From Obrimoposthia wandeli (lineage: Eukaryota), in the NCBI GenBank assembly GCA_977020255.1, contig CDROCS010001558.1:372001-436000 (forward strand): a DNA stretch of 64,000 nt, in the 5' to 3' direction. Under the pieces are notes generated by a model. It saw only the letters and a list, made by a program, of their open reading frames with translations. It was not told where the DNA came from and did not search any database. This document shows positions 36,481-49,062 of this stretch, piece by piece. A program made the translations under genes and the position numbers. How positions within the stretch are numbered: position 1 is the stretch's first letter; each line of letters begins with the position of its first letter.

Positions 36481-38473
36481 TGTTTGGTTTTACATCCGTC
36501 TATTTTGCATTATGGTTCTCTTCTGCATTCTTTGACCCAGTGCCTGGCTTTAGGCAGTTATTACACAGCTTCTTCTGCTTAACTGCTTTCCATCTTTCCT
36601 CTGTATTCATTTCTATAAACTTAAAACATTGATCAGTATAATGTGCTTCTCCACTATTGTGACATTTTTACCATGTTTCAGGAACCGTTCTTGTTGATGC
36701 TAATTCCGATTGTTCTGGAACTATTTTCTCAGATGTGTCCCCAAAATATATTTATCTTCTAGTATATGTTTTCCTTTGATTACATCGGTCCATTTTGACA
36801 AGCTTGTCTCCTAGCTCAGGTTTTCTTTTAGTATCCTGACATACTTCTTCTGCTTCCCTTAAATCTTTCGTATTTTGCTGGGCCCATATCAGCCCATATC
36901 ATCAGTCTTCTAGAGAATTTTCTCTACCTTCTCGTCTTTTCCAACTTGTCCATTTTAACATTGCTTGTCAAGGTAACTTTCCTAAGAATGTTTGATACAA
37001 GCAACTGTTTCCTAAATCTTCAGTTTTGTTCAAACTTCTTAATTTTACTAATATATTTTTTAATAATTCTGACAACTTTTCAAATTCTGAGACTTCGTCA
37101 TGTTTCATTATTTTTAACTTCTCAACGTCCTTCAATACGTTTCGATAATTTCTTTCGTCCCCTCCATATATTTCTCTAATCTTTCTAATGCTTTATCATA
37201 AGCTTCTTCTGATAATCCTAAATGTTCTACCAATCTAAATGGTTCCGATCCTAAATACTGTCGCATATGCAATAATTTGCACGTTTTTTCTACTCTTTTT
37301 CTTCTGATTAATTAGTTAAATGTGGTTTTCCAACTTTCGTAATTTGAGTTTTGACCACCAAATATAGGCAATGTTAACCTTTTTAATTCTGTAAATCCAT
37401 TCCTATTATTTGATTGATTGCTCGTTGTGGATGCTATTTTGCTTTCCATATCTGTTCTTAATAGTTCTGTTGACAGTATTCCTAATTCGTCGTGCAACAT
37501 ATTTATTTCTTCTAATTCTTTCTCTAACTCATTTACCCATTCTTGTCTTCCCAAATCAGATGTTACCCTTGTAAACATGTTAGCTCTCCTGATACCATCT
37601 CGAAATTCTCTTCATAGTCTTCCAACCTTCGATCGGTTTCTTTACCGCTTATGATGCCTGAATTGCTAAATTCCTAGTCCTTGTCAGTTGTGCCTTTTTG
37701 TATCTTTTTTCGTACAAGTCTTTTCTCAACTTTTCCTCACGATAACCTAAGATTCTCTCCTCATCTGAACATCCTTTTAACTTAAGTATGAAGTGTAATG
37801 TATTTCCCTTATTGATTTTATAAATTCATTTCCTGATTGTTTTCCTTCAAAGGTTAAGTTTTGTACCTCTGTAGGTAATCCTAATTTTTCGTTTATTATA
37901 TCATTAAGCTTGATTATCTTATTGTCCATAGACGTGAAACCGCTTATTATTTCCCCTGTAAAGGTTTTTACAAATATTTGCCTCTTTTCTAAATCAAAAG
38001 GCAAGATATAACTATTAAAACTTTTATTAACTAAAAAAAAATTTCTCATTTTGAGTAGCTGCCATCTGGATAACTTTAATCTTCTTTCCTTTATAAGTCC
38101 ATTTCCCCTCGTACATTTCATCCACTATTTTTAATTGTGATGGTCTTACTTTTCTTTCTTCAGCTATTATACTTTTTTATTCTTCATTTGAAATTCCTTG
38201 ATACACCTGCTTTCTTCTGACCTTTCATTGTTTTTCTATCGCTATTTCCACTTTCTGCTTTTTTTCTTCTTTTAAGTTCCAATTCTTATGCAGTTTTAAG
38301 GCCTTTTTAATCATTTTATTTTGTGTCTTTTTAAGACTTTTTTCCATCTTTATTCTGGGTAGTTGATATTTAATGGCTTTGACTACCTCCTGGCTATAGC
38401 TTTGTCCTCCTATCTCCTCTAAAGGTGTCTCCCTTTCTTCTTCTAGAACCAACTTATTCAATAGGACACTCAC
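36480..38473 (-). pseudogene. BEL/Pao gag, disrupted
   Basis: ELKRLTLPIFGGQNSNYESWKTTF (Pao gag DUF1759-type motif), charged helical N-terminus, Cys/His knuckles near 36500-36670. Confidence 0.8.
37772..37980 (-). other. Ubiquitin-like domain embedded in the BEL/Pao gag region
   Basis: QIFVKTFTGEII...INEKLGLPTEVQNLTFEGKQ and, after one frameshift, YKINKGNTLHFILKLKGC align with ubiquitin MQIFVKTLTGKTI...[20 protein letters not shown]...YNIQKESTLHLVLRLRGG. Confidence 0.85.
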
Positions 38474-38722
38474 TCAGTCCTCCTCCTCCCCCTATTCCTT
38501 TTCCTTTTTCTCTCTTTCCTATCTTTGTTTTCTGCAGCTTTTCTTTTATTGTCTTTACTATTACTATTATTTGTATTATTAATATTATTTAATCTTACCC
38601 CTTGCCTCCCGTTTCCAGACTCTCCACTCTTCCTGCTTACTGAGACAAGCTCTTTTCATGTTTGTAAAGTTCTGTTGACTCGTGTGGCAAGAGGTTGATT
38701 TTTTATTATTTAATTATTTAAT

Positions 38723-38930
38723 TCACACATAGGGTAAGAGAAACAAGAAGATACAATCAATCACAAATGAATCATCGACCCGTTCTGGAGCTCCATCTTC
38801 TGTTTCTTCGGCCTCTGGATCCTCTTCAACAGCCTTTGGTGTTTCGTCAACAACCTTCACTGCTTCTTCAGTAACTTTGGTTGCCTCCTCTACGACCTTT
38901 GGGTTCTCCTCGACAACTTTTGTCACTTCT
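38723..38930 (-). other. Acidic KV(V/T)EE-repeat coding-like segment within the BEL leader
   Basis: KVVEENP KVVEEAT KVTEEAV KVVDETP KAVEEDP heptad repeats followed by a hydrophobic tail; origin unknown. Confidence 0.45.
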
Positions 38931-39243
38931 TTTAAATATAATTTTTGAACGACGCCTTATGAAATTTTTGATTATTTCCGAAATCGCTTCCAACTATATC
39001 ACTCCATGACATTTCTCTGTTAATCCCGTAATAATTATTTATATGTATAAAGTTTAAAAAATTTAAGTTTTTTTTATTTATTCTTTTCAAAATTACAATA
39101 CCCGAACCCCTAACAAAATCCCCTCGTATACTTTCCCGGGGCAATTTGAAGGGGCCACCACAACCTAACAGATTAACCTCAACAAATTCCGACTCAAATA
39201 CAGCCGTCACACTCAGTCGATCACCAAGACCTCTCTGTGCCAA

Positions 39244-39895
39244 ACCACCAACCAAAACTTCCACAGATTGTATATCATCTATACTTATTTTAGCTTCTTC
39301 CAACATTTTCGAAAGAGTCTCCGTAACCTCCTGTAATAGAGAAGTTGAAAGATTCTCGAAATCATCTCGCTTTATTCGCATATGAACATCAACATCATTC
39401 ATGAAACATTCAATATTCATTGGGATCTCAGTGGAATTTGCACTCACCAATTTTTTACGTTTTTCACATTCCTGAGTGAGACGAATATACGGTTTCTTTC
39501 CATCAATTACATCCAACTTTAAAGTGCTCTCAAAGTTGATCTTCGCCTGCTCATAATTAACACGGTCAAAGCCTCTTCCATCCACATATGCACACGTACT
39601 TGCAACTACTTCATTTTAACTTTGTTAAAAGCAACAATATTTGCTTGCAATTTTGAGTATCCCATGTCAATAAATGCTACTTGTCTCGGTTTTTGTTCAG
39701 CTTCTGGAAAATCCGGACAGTAGATACCATATGAAACTGCAGATGCAGTTGTATCATGGATACGTTTTATACAGTTAAGATTCGCAGTTTGTGCAGCATC
39801 TAGAACCGCTCGACGTTCGCTATCAGTAGCAGCATTAGGAACTTTGATCACGACATCTACTACTTTTGTTGATAGATTCATTTCAGCAACTTTTC
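39244..39895 (-). pseudogene. Captured Hsp110/HSPA4-family (Hsp70 superfamily) nucleotide-binding-domain fragment
   Basis: VVDVVIKVP...ERRAVLDAAQTANLNCIKRIHDTTASAVSYGIY..DFPEAEQKPRQVAFIDMGYS...GRGFD...RLTQECEKRKKLVSANSTEIPMNIECFMNDVDV...DIQSVEVLVGG. These are Hsp110-type features. Intronless, with one frameshift. Confidence 0.92.
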
Positions 39896-39941
39896 CATCT
39901 TCAGCGATTTGACCGGTATTAACCTCGTTATCTGCTACTAT

Positions 39942-40298
39942 TGTTTGTTTTCATTTTGACTTTAACATTAAAAGGTCGAACTCTATCGCATAACTTGAAC
40001 ATTTATTTGCATTCATTAAAATAACACTGATTTTTTGACCCCGACACTGAATTCTGAAATTTTCCAATGAAACCCGATACTCTGAACTGTCTACTCGAAA
40101 TCGAAAATTGAAACTTGTCTAATTTGAATACAAAATATATTTTTTACTAATGTTTATTTAAATTTCATTATTTATACCATATTGGTATTTATGTTTTCCG
40201 AAACTGAAACTGCGGAAGTAGGGTAATACATTTAAACAAAATGCACTTCCGCAGTTTTCTTTATTTAATTTTTTTTAAATGCACTTTATATTGCAACA
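39942..40298 (-). repeat. 5' LTR of the BEL/Pao element
   Basis: 357-bp direct repeat of 32204-32563, followed on minus by the PBS-like TAGTAGCAGA. Confidence 0.95.
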
Positions 40299-42615
40299 TA
40301 TACCTTCATCTGAAATATTCAATTTTAAGGGGCATAATTCACTTTTTCAAAGGCAACGTATAGCAAATATAAATATAGAAGACATACCGGGGAGGACGAT
40401 TAAATGGAGCAATTGGAGCAGAAACATAGTAATCCACTGGAAATTGGAATAGAGTTTGAATGTGTTCTGATTGGTTGATACAAAAAATATTTGCAAGGAG
40501 ATGGAATAGAGCAATGAAATAGAACAGACACTATAGTAATATTGTGTGGATGCGTGTGTGCGTGTGTGCGTATGTGTGGATACTTATAAAAATATATGTG
40601 CAAAAATTTGCAAGTTGATTGAATAGAGCAAGGAAATAGAACATAGATACTATAGTAATATTGTGTGTGTGGATACTTACAAAAATATATACTCACAATA
40701 CTCACAAAATATGTACAAGGTATTACCTACAAAAATGTATCTAATTACAAAACATGACATTATTACTCTATCTTTATTATTATTTATATTTTCAATTCCA
40801 TATTGTATATCGATATTGTTTATCAAAAGATAATAACAACTATAGCTTTCTGATAAAAATCGAAGAAACTGAAGACATAAGAAGTGAAATTAGGATATAT
40901 CTACTAATTATGTTTTAAACAAGAATTATTGATGTATTCGATATATGTGGAGAAGTTCGGGAAATTAAAGTAAGTGAGAAATTATGGTTAATTAGAGGTA
41001 AAAGTAAAATATGTATAACTTATTCGATATATGTTTGAAAGTAGGGAAATTGGATGATGGTTTATGTATGAGTTTCAGACGGAAATTAGAAGGTCCTAGA
41101 CCTGAAATTAAAGCATAGATATTAACAATTTAGAAGGAGGTTAGAAGGAAAAAATGACATAGAAGACAAATTGATGGTTCAGAGGATGCTTCTAGAAGAT
41201 AAATTAACAAGATGGGTTCGAGATTATCGATGTTAACCCAATTTCAGCTCGGTTTAGAAGACAAAATAATAAGATGTTTAAACAATTATTCAGCAGATTC
41301 AGAGCCGAAATTTATGATATTTAGGTGGTTAAGATATTTAAGATATTTAAGATATGTGATATTTGTGAGCATTGCTTGGAATTTTTGATTACCGAAACAG
41401 TGTACATTGATAGAGTGTGTATTCGATTCACTTCAGTTTTAGTAGTCTTATTGAAAGTTTACATTTATCATTGTGCGAATAGTAAAGGGATAATCAATAA
41501 CAATCCTAAATGGGATGAGAAGATCAAAAGTAATCAATAAAGGGGAGAAAGTACGAGAGTGAATCTATTTTTTGCTTTATCTCAAAATGGAGGCGGATAT
41601 GTTTAGAAGACATATGACACTTATTAGGAAATTTGATTGTAACACCATACTTCTCTATCATTTCTTATATGTAAACTGAATCGTCTAAGATCGTAACCTA
41701 GGAAAAGAGGATCAATCCGATTTCGAAGCAAGAATATATCATTGATGTCGATATCATTCATATACGAAATATACTATAGTTTATAATATTATGAAGAAAC
41801 TTGTTTTAATTATTATAAAATAATTCTTACAAACTATTTGAAAAATATATTTTTAAACCACATTGCAACTATTTGCAAGTCATATGCAAAATCTTTGTTC
41901 TATTTTTAGAAACATTGTAACATCTATTCTCATTGGTTAATTTGAGCCTCAGTTTTATATAAAGGAAGAGATATTTCATTAATATTGTTAAACATGAATG
42001 CAATTACCTATTTATACCACTGTACCAATACTTTTCATGGATATGATATGCATTTTCTCAAGAAGCATATCCATTACATTTTTATATATCCGGTATCACT
42101 GAAAAAAATCAAATTCGATTACTTAATATTTGATATTAATAAATCAGATATGGAGAGAATCAATTAAATACTTATAAAGATCAATTGCGAGTATCATCTG
42201 CAAGAACCCAAATTCATTATCAAAGGAAATGATTCTATTTTCAGAAATATCAATGAATCAAAACTAGATGTCTGCCCAACTGGATTACAATGGAATATTA
42301 ATATCAAGATACAAGGAGACAAGATCGAACCCAGTGGATTGGTGACTCCGGTTTGGAAAATATTTTATGGATATAATAAATAAATGTTTTATATTTCGTA
42401 TCTTTATTTTCTCCTTTATAATTATTTATTAATATTTAATAAGAAAGAAGCCTGACAGTTATGAATATATTGTTAGAAATATTGATATTTATTGAATCAG
42501 ATGATTCGTGAAACGATAGTAATGAATAGTAACATGAATACCTCAATAAAATGGAGAGAAACATAATAATCTTTAGAAAATTAATACCTAACCTAATGAT
42601 GATTCAATAATCAAT

Positions 42616-43800
42616 AATATCCCGTGTCAACGTCACCATAATATCCCGTGTCAGTGTCACCATAATATCCCGTGTCAACGTCACTCTGATATCCCGTGTC
42701 AACGTGACTCTAATATACCGTGTCCAAATCACCCTAATATCCCGTGTCAGCGTCATAATATACCGTGTCAACGTCACCATAATATCCAGTGTCAACGTCA
42801 CTCTGATATCCCGTGTCAACGTGACTCTAATATACCATGTCCACATCACCCTAATATCCCGTGTCAGCGTCATAATATCCCGTGTCAACGTCACCATAAT
42901 ATCCCGTGTCAACGTCACCCTAATATCCCATGTCAACGTCACCCTAATATTCCGTATCAACGTCACCCTAATATCCCGTGTCAACGTCACCCTAATATCC
43001 CATGTCAACGTCACCCTAATATTCCGTATCAACGTCACCCTAATATTCCGTGTCAACGTCACCCTAATATTCCGTGTCAACGTCACCATAATATCCCATG
43101 TCAACGTCACCCTAACATCCCGTGTCAACATCACCCTAATATACCGTGTCAACATCACCATAATATACCGTGTCAGCGTCACCATAATATCCCTTGTCAA
43201 TATCACCCTAACATCCCATGTAAACATCACCCTAATATCCCGTGTCAACATCACTCTGATATCCCATGTCAACATCACCCTAATATCCCGTGTCAACATC
43301 ACCCTAATATCCCATGTCAACATCACCCTAATATCCCGTGTCAACGTCACCATAATATCCCGTGTCAAAATCATTCTGATATCCCATGTCAACATCACCC
43401 TAATATCCCATGTCAACATCACCCTAATATCCCGTGTCAACATCACCATAATATCCCGTGTCAGCGTCACCATAATATCCCGTGTCAACATCACTCTGAT
43501 ATCCCATGTCAACATCACCCTAATATCCCGTGTCAACGTCACTCTGATATCCCATGTCAACATCACTCTGATATCCCGTGTCAACGTCACTCTGATATCC
43601 CATGTCAGTATCACCCTAATATCCCGTGTCAACATCACTCTGATATCCCGTGTCAACGTCACTCTGATATCCCATGTCAACATCACTCTGATATCCCGTG
43701 TCAACGTCACTCTGATATCCCATGTCAGTATCACCCTAATATCCCGTGTCAACATCACTCTGATATCCCGTGTCAACATCACCCTAATATCCCATGTCAA
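42616..43800. repeat. 24-bp minisatellite, ~49 copies, at the 5' end of TFIIE-alpha intron 5
   Basis: Unit ATATCCC(G/A)TGTCAAC(A/G)TCAC(C/T)(C/A)T(A/G); a few 21-nt variants; begins 27 nt inside the intron. Confidence 0.97.
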
Positions 43801-43827
43801 GGTAGTTACCCAAGCAGCCAGACTAAC

Positions 43828-44117
43828 CTGTGACCACTGTCGAGGAAACTAGACGATGTTAATGCTCCAGGAACGCGTCCCGGGGCCATCATCTGTGTAG
43901 GGGGACTCGCTGCCCTAGATTTACCATCGCCAGAATTGACCGTGTCTATAACAGAGCCGGTACCGATAAGTTGTCTCGCCCAGACAGGATTTTCTTTGAT
44001 ATGCTCACTGCCGTCCTTGAAGATCTGGCTCCAGCTGGCGTCGCTGCGCAGATTGACAGCGATCTGCTGCTGCTGCTCGATGGCAGGACCTCCTGATTCC
44101 CCCGCTCCAAGTTTGTT
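43828..44117 (-). CDS. GTF2E1: TFIIE-alpha exon 5
   Basis: Acceptor CTGCAG; contains IKENPVWARQ (cf. AKERPIWLRE); donor AG|GTTAGT, phase 2. Confidence 0.8.
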
Positions 44118-44350
44118 CTGCAGTATGTACAAGAAGAAATAAATTGTGCAGGTGGCTTCACAGAGCCCTATACAACAATTGTATCGGCATATATTTGTCT
44201 CTAATCAGCTACAATCAGAATGTCAATTATAATTTTTGTTTACAAATAAAATACGACAACTACTTGTTAACTTTCTAATTTCTCTCAAATCCACATGATT
44301 GCGTTTTTATTTTTCGCAGTAACCAATTATCTTTACAGAAAGACACTCAC

Positions 44351-44437
44351 CGGTATATTGAAGTCTGGCCGCACCATGTCCGCTCCAAGTGTGTGCTTGT
44401 TGCACTCTTCGTACAGCATGATGAATGGGTTGTTGAT
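44351..44437 (-). CDS. GTF2E1: TFIIE-alpha exon 4
   Basis: CTACAG|INNPFIMLYEECNKHTLGADMVRPDFNIP|GTGAGT; 87 nt, phase 0/0; corresponds to [23 protein letters not shown]. Confidence 0.78.
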
Positions 44438-45319
44438 CTGTAGCGGATGGAAGCGATTACATTTCGTTATGCTCAAATCGGTACAGCGAAAATTTTACAC
44501 GAGAAAAAAAAACGCCATTAGTGACGAATCTAAGATTTTGGAAGGGAGTGAACAGAAGTTATGATAAGACAACCAATTAATTAAAATAATAATTTATTTA
44601 TCGGCGTCGCTGAATATCAATTTCAGTTCAAAGACTCAGTCACAATTCTACTTTTGTACTATACAGCTCGCTACTGATAGAAACATTTATGCAGCTGCCT
44701 ATATATAGGCTTGTAACATAAGTTATATATATTTTGAAGACATATTTAAGGATCGTCACGGTCAGATAGTCTATCAAAATACTTTCAATCATTTTCTAAA
44801 CACATCTTCTAACGCGGAGGTAACTCAAAATATATATTTTTCAAAAACATCATATGTTTATTCTTAAACCAACGAAACATATCTTAGTTTAACGATTTCA
44901 CATTATCTAATGTTTATTACATAATGAACTTTAAAAACGGCTACAATGGTTTAAAAATTGATAGGTTATAAATAAGGGAGTAAGGGGGTGAATTATTTTA
45001 TTTAGATTGAGATGCCTTTGTTTTCTTGTGTTATGTGCGCTGTGAGGTATTGCATTATCTTGTATAATATGAAGGCGTATAAAATTGTGTCGTCCTCTAT
45101 TCTGTGTTACATTTTTTGCCAACATATCTAAAGAAATACAATAAATTTTATTGTTTTGTTTTCTGTAAAGTATCCTAATATTTTTTTTGATAATGAGTCA
45201 TCAATGAGTAATTAACTTATTCAAGGATTCCGTCGTCAATTATAGAGATGGAAAAATCCCAATTTTCCATTAGAGAAGATTTAAAATTAGTAAAAGAAAT
45301 GAACTTGTAAAGTGATATA

Positions 45320-47113
45320 CAGTTGTGATCAAAAGTAAGTGTCCACTTTGTAATAAATTATAAAATATATTTAAATAAATTTGTTTATAAATTTATTTAA
45401 GCAATTTTCAATTCTTTCTTTTGTTTTAATATTATAAATAAATTGACGGATTTTTAAAAATATAAAATTATAAGTAATTTATTACAGTGTTGTGATTTTG
45501 TAGCAGTTTTAATATCAAATCAAAACGAAAGTGATCAAAATTAAGTGTCCATATATATCATGTAATGATTAAGTAATTATAATTTATTTCTTTTAGCGTA
45601 AACCTATATATATTTATATATATAATATGATTTTTGTTTTAATATTATAAATATATTGACGGATTTTTAAAATTATAAGTAATTTATTAGTGTTGTGATT
45701 TTTTAGCAGTTTTAATATCAAATCAAAACGAAAGTGATCAAAATAAAGTGTCCATATACATCATGTAATGATTAAGTAATTATAATTTCTTTCTTTTGGC
45801 GTAAACCTATATATATTTATATATATAATTTGATTTTTTTTCTTTTCAGCAATGGTTAAAATAAATGAAGACATTAGAATGGAGATAATAAGGAAAATAA
45901 AATACGGTGTGTGCTATCGTAAGATTGCGATAGAGTTCAATCTTAGTTGGCATTCTCAAAAATGTATATAGACTAATTCTATAAAAAATAAATCAAAACC
46001 TTGTAGACCGCGAAAAATATCGGAGAAACAATGTTGTTTATTGTGCCGAAAGACTGCCACTGATCCTTTCTTAACAGTAAAAGAGCTCGCTGTAGAGACA
46101 AATTTACAGGACAAAGTATCATTAATCACTGTGAGATGATACTTACGCCACAGTAATTTATTTTCCTGAAAACCAGCTAAAAATCTGGTTTTAGTTTTTC
46201 AGAAAAAATACATTAGATGACGCTTTTTTTGGTGTAAAGACAAAGACATGTTCATTTCAGATTGAAAAAACTATGTATTTTCTGATGAGGCTTGCTTTCA
46301 AACATATAAATCTTCTCGTATAGTTGTTCGAAGACTTCCCAATTCAAGGTTTAAAACGAAATATACAGTGAAATTTGGTGGACTTTCTATTTGTGTATGG
46401 AGTGCTATCACCGGATACAGTAAACGTTCAATAATTTTGTGTCCCGGTAATGTTAATTCTGGTAACTACCAAGAAATACTTCAAGAGGCGTGGTCATGTA
46501 TTAAAAATCCCAACTCAATATTAATACAGGATGGTGCGCCTGCTCATAGATGAATCCACTATTAATTATCCGGAGAGGAACGAAATATCTTTTGTTCGTG
46601 ATTGGCCTCTATATTCCCCAGACATAAATATCATTGAAAATATCTAGGGAATCATGAAAAGAAACATGAAAAATCAAATTTTTCGAAGAAAAATAGTATA
46701 ATTTGATTCAGTGAAGGATTTCGATTAAATACCTGATGTAATAATATGTCATCTCTACAATTCTATCCTGAGTTGGCGTCAGGCTATAATTAAATTTAAA
46801 GGCAATAATAGTAAATATTAATAGCAAATAATTAATAAATATTGAAACTTTCATAGAACCTTTGTTGTTTAATTGCTGAATAAATGTTTAAACGTTGTTT
46901 TATAACTTACTTTGTAGTTGGACACTTACTTTTAATAGTAGTGCATTACTTATTATATTCTAAATATTATTTTTCTCCTGATTACGAAAAAAAATATAGT
47001 AATATTATATATTTTAAAATTAGTTTCTAAATACTAAGATTCATTATATTTATGATATTTTAGAAAAATTCCAATAAAAATTCTAATTGGACACTTACTT
47101 TTGACCACAACCG
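45320..47113 (+). mobile_element. Tc1 (DD34E-type) transposon with IR/DR ends, inactive
   Basis: TIRs CAGTTGTGATCAAAAGTAAGTGTCCA / TGGACACTTACTTTTGACCACAACCG (24/26), TA TSD; inner DR copies 45531-45551, 45734-45754, 46919-46933. Transposase 45851-46820 with FSDE, VKFGG..I.VW, IQDGAPAH, PDINIIEN; multiple stops. Confidence 0.93.
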
Positions 47114-47664
47114 TATGTAATTGATCAACCTATATAAATTCAAGATTACAAAGAAATGGCGTTTCAGATATTATTAAATGCATGCGTCCAGAAATATCAC
47201 CAAGTAGATATGCAGCTTTATTAAAAGCTTAGCCAACAGCAAGTCCAATAGAAAATATTTTCGAAACATAATTAAATGTTAAGACCTGACGCAAACTTTA
47301 AAGCAGATAACATGGAAAAAACGCGATTGTTTAACAACAATATTAAAAAAAATGTTAATGTAACTGTGTTTGATTTTTTAATATTTTTGATAATGCCTTG
47401 AATGATGAAAATAAGTAATTGTTAAGATTTATATGTAATTAAAACCGTTTTAAACAAAAAATCGTTACATGATACATCGTTAATTGATTGGTTAAATAAA
47501 GTTGAAGATTTTGAAAAATAAACCGTTAAAATATTTTTTAGGTTAAATCAGGTTAATTATGACAAACAGCCTAATGAGTCAGAAAATGCATTCTAATTAT
47601 ATAGCTGGTATTTGACAGTAAATCAAATTTCTTCTCATCGTAGAAAAGAGGAATAGAAACATAA

Positions 47665-47855
47665 ATAGTCATATTGTTGAAGAAAAAATTTCGAATGTCT
47701 GGAGTGGGTAGCTAACCATCCAATTCACTCCCATCGATTCTCCACTGTGATATGCCTGTGCATAGTCATATTGTTGAAGAAAATTTTTCGAATGTCTGGA
47801 GTGGGTAGCTAACCATCCAATTCACTCCCATCGTTTCTCCACTGTGATATGCCTG
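47665..47855. repeat. ~97-bp tandem duplication
   Basis: ATAGTCATATTGTTGAAGAAAA...CTCCACTGTGATATGCCTG at 47665-47758 and 47762-47855. Confidence 0.9.
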
Positions 47856-48798
47856 ATATCACTGTCATACAATATTTAAATAGTATATTAATTTGTCAGA
47901 ATCTAATAAGTTTGCAGAAGTAATTGAGTGTCTGTATGGCATCCTCATTAAATAAATAACCACACGACATCCTCACTCGAAGGTCAAAAACAAAGATCGG
48001 AATAAAACTGTTGCTTCTGTGTGAATAAATTTGTAGTATGAACGTATGACAAGAAATGAATCTAACAATACCAATTGTTAACAGATGATATTTAGAAAAC
48101 ACATTTATTTCTAGTTATATTATAGTCAAAGTCTCAAACTGATGGCCGTGGTTAATATCCGTACGAAAAATATGTTGAAAATTAATCTGAATAAATATTT
48201 TTACACCAATATCAGATGGTTAAATCAAGGAACGGGTTTAAATAATAAATTAAAGCTACGTTTTCATGGAGGAAAATAGAAATCCAGTTTGAGAATCATC
48301 CTAATTAAAATTATGCTCATTTGATAAAAAAATGAAATGTAAAAAGATTGAGATTTTAGTTTATATTATTTCTTACAATTTCTTACAAAAAATAAATAAA
48401 ATCAAAAATGTATAACTTACAACTTCAAATCTTAGTAGCTCACAAAATACAGTTTGAATAGAAGCAAACAAAAGTTTGATTGTGAGCCAAATGTGAACCA
48501 AGTATTTCAGCTTGTCGTTTAGAAAGATTCCAATCTCTCATTTATCGGACACTGATCTATCAATAAAGATTATCTAGGCTTCAGGTTTTCATAATCTGTA
48601 TCCTAACATCATTTTCTATAATATACTCCGATAGAGAAATGTTATAAATTACAATGATAAAAATATTATAATTTCTCTTTTTTTGGAATTCAATTCATAA
48701 GTGTTTTTTAAATTGAATGTGATGGTATATTAAAATTACTCTTGCCCTAATCAAGATGCATAACTACTTATCATATGTCATATTTAAAAAAGCCTTAC

Positions 48799-49062
48799 AT
48801 TCATGTTGAAGCGCTTTATCTCTTCGCGGGAATTGATACGCTTCTCTTTATCCTCGATGGGCTGCACAATGCCCATACAAATTCGGCAGATCATCTCATT
48901 GCGAGTCGGGTCGAAGATTGAGAGCATATCCAGGTCCTCATACAGTTCAGCGCAAGTCGCATCCGAACACTGGTACTTGCCCGAGCAAATGTCACGGTTT
49001 TGTTCGGCCTCCAGCTTGCTACTGGTCTGCTTCAGTCGGTACATGAAACTGTTGAGGGCTTG
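48799..49062 (-). CDS. GTF2E1: TFIIE-alpha exon 3 (zinc ribbon)
   Basis: TTGCAG|QALNSFMYRL...YQCSDATC..LYEDLDMLSIFDPTRNEMICRIC...KRFNMN|GTAAGG; matches [31 protein letters not shown]...ARFNEQ; 264 nt, phase 0/0. Confidence 0.9.

Larger units (their letters stand above)
32204..40298 (-). mobile_element. Full-length decayed BEL/Pao LTR retrotransposon with captured host sequences
   Basis: Paired LTRs 32204-32563 and 39942-40298 (TGTTGCAA...AAACA on minus). 5-bp TSD TATAC (32199-32203, 40299-40303). PBS-like TAGTAGCAGA (tRNA-iMet type, 39931-39940). PPT GAGGGGG next to the 3' LTR. gag-protease-RT-RNaseH-integrase order. Confidence 0.95.

Noticed and set aside
40800-42400. Purine-rich decayed coding-like tract flanking the BEL insertion
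   Set aside because: Probably an older element, but no continuous frame or diagnostic motif could be read.
42604-43852. 398-aa and 382-aa ORFs (TRDIRVML / NITLISRV repeats)
   Set aside because: They are by-products of a 24-bp (3n) stop-free minisatellite, open on both strands and lying within TFIIE-alpha intron 5; no start context or flanking coding support. Also not CRISPR, since there are no unique spacers.
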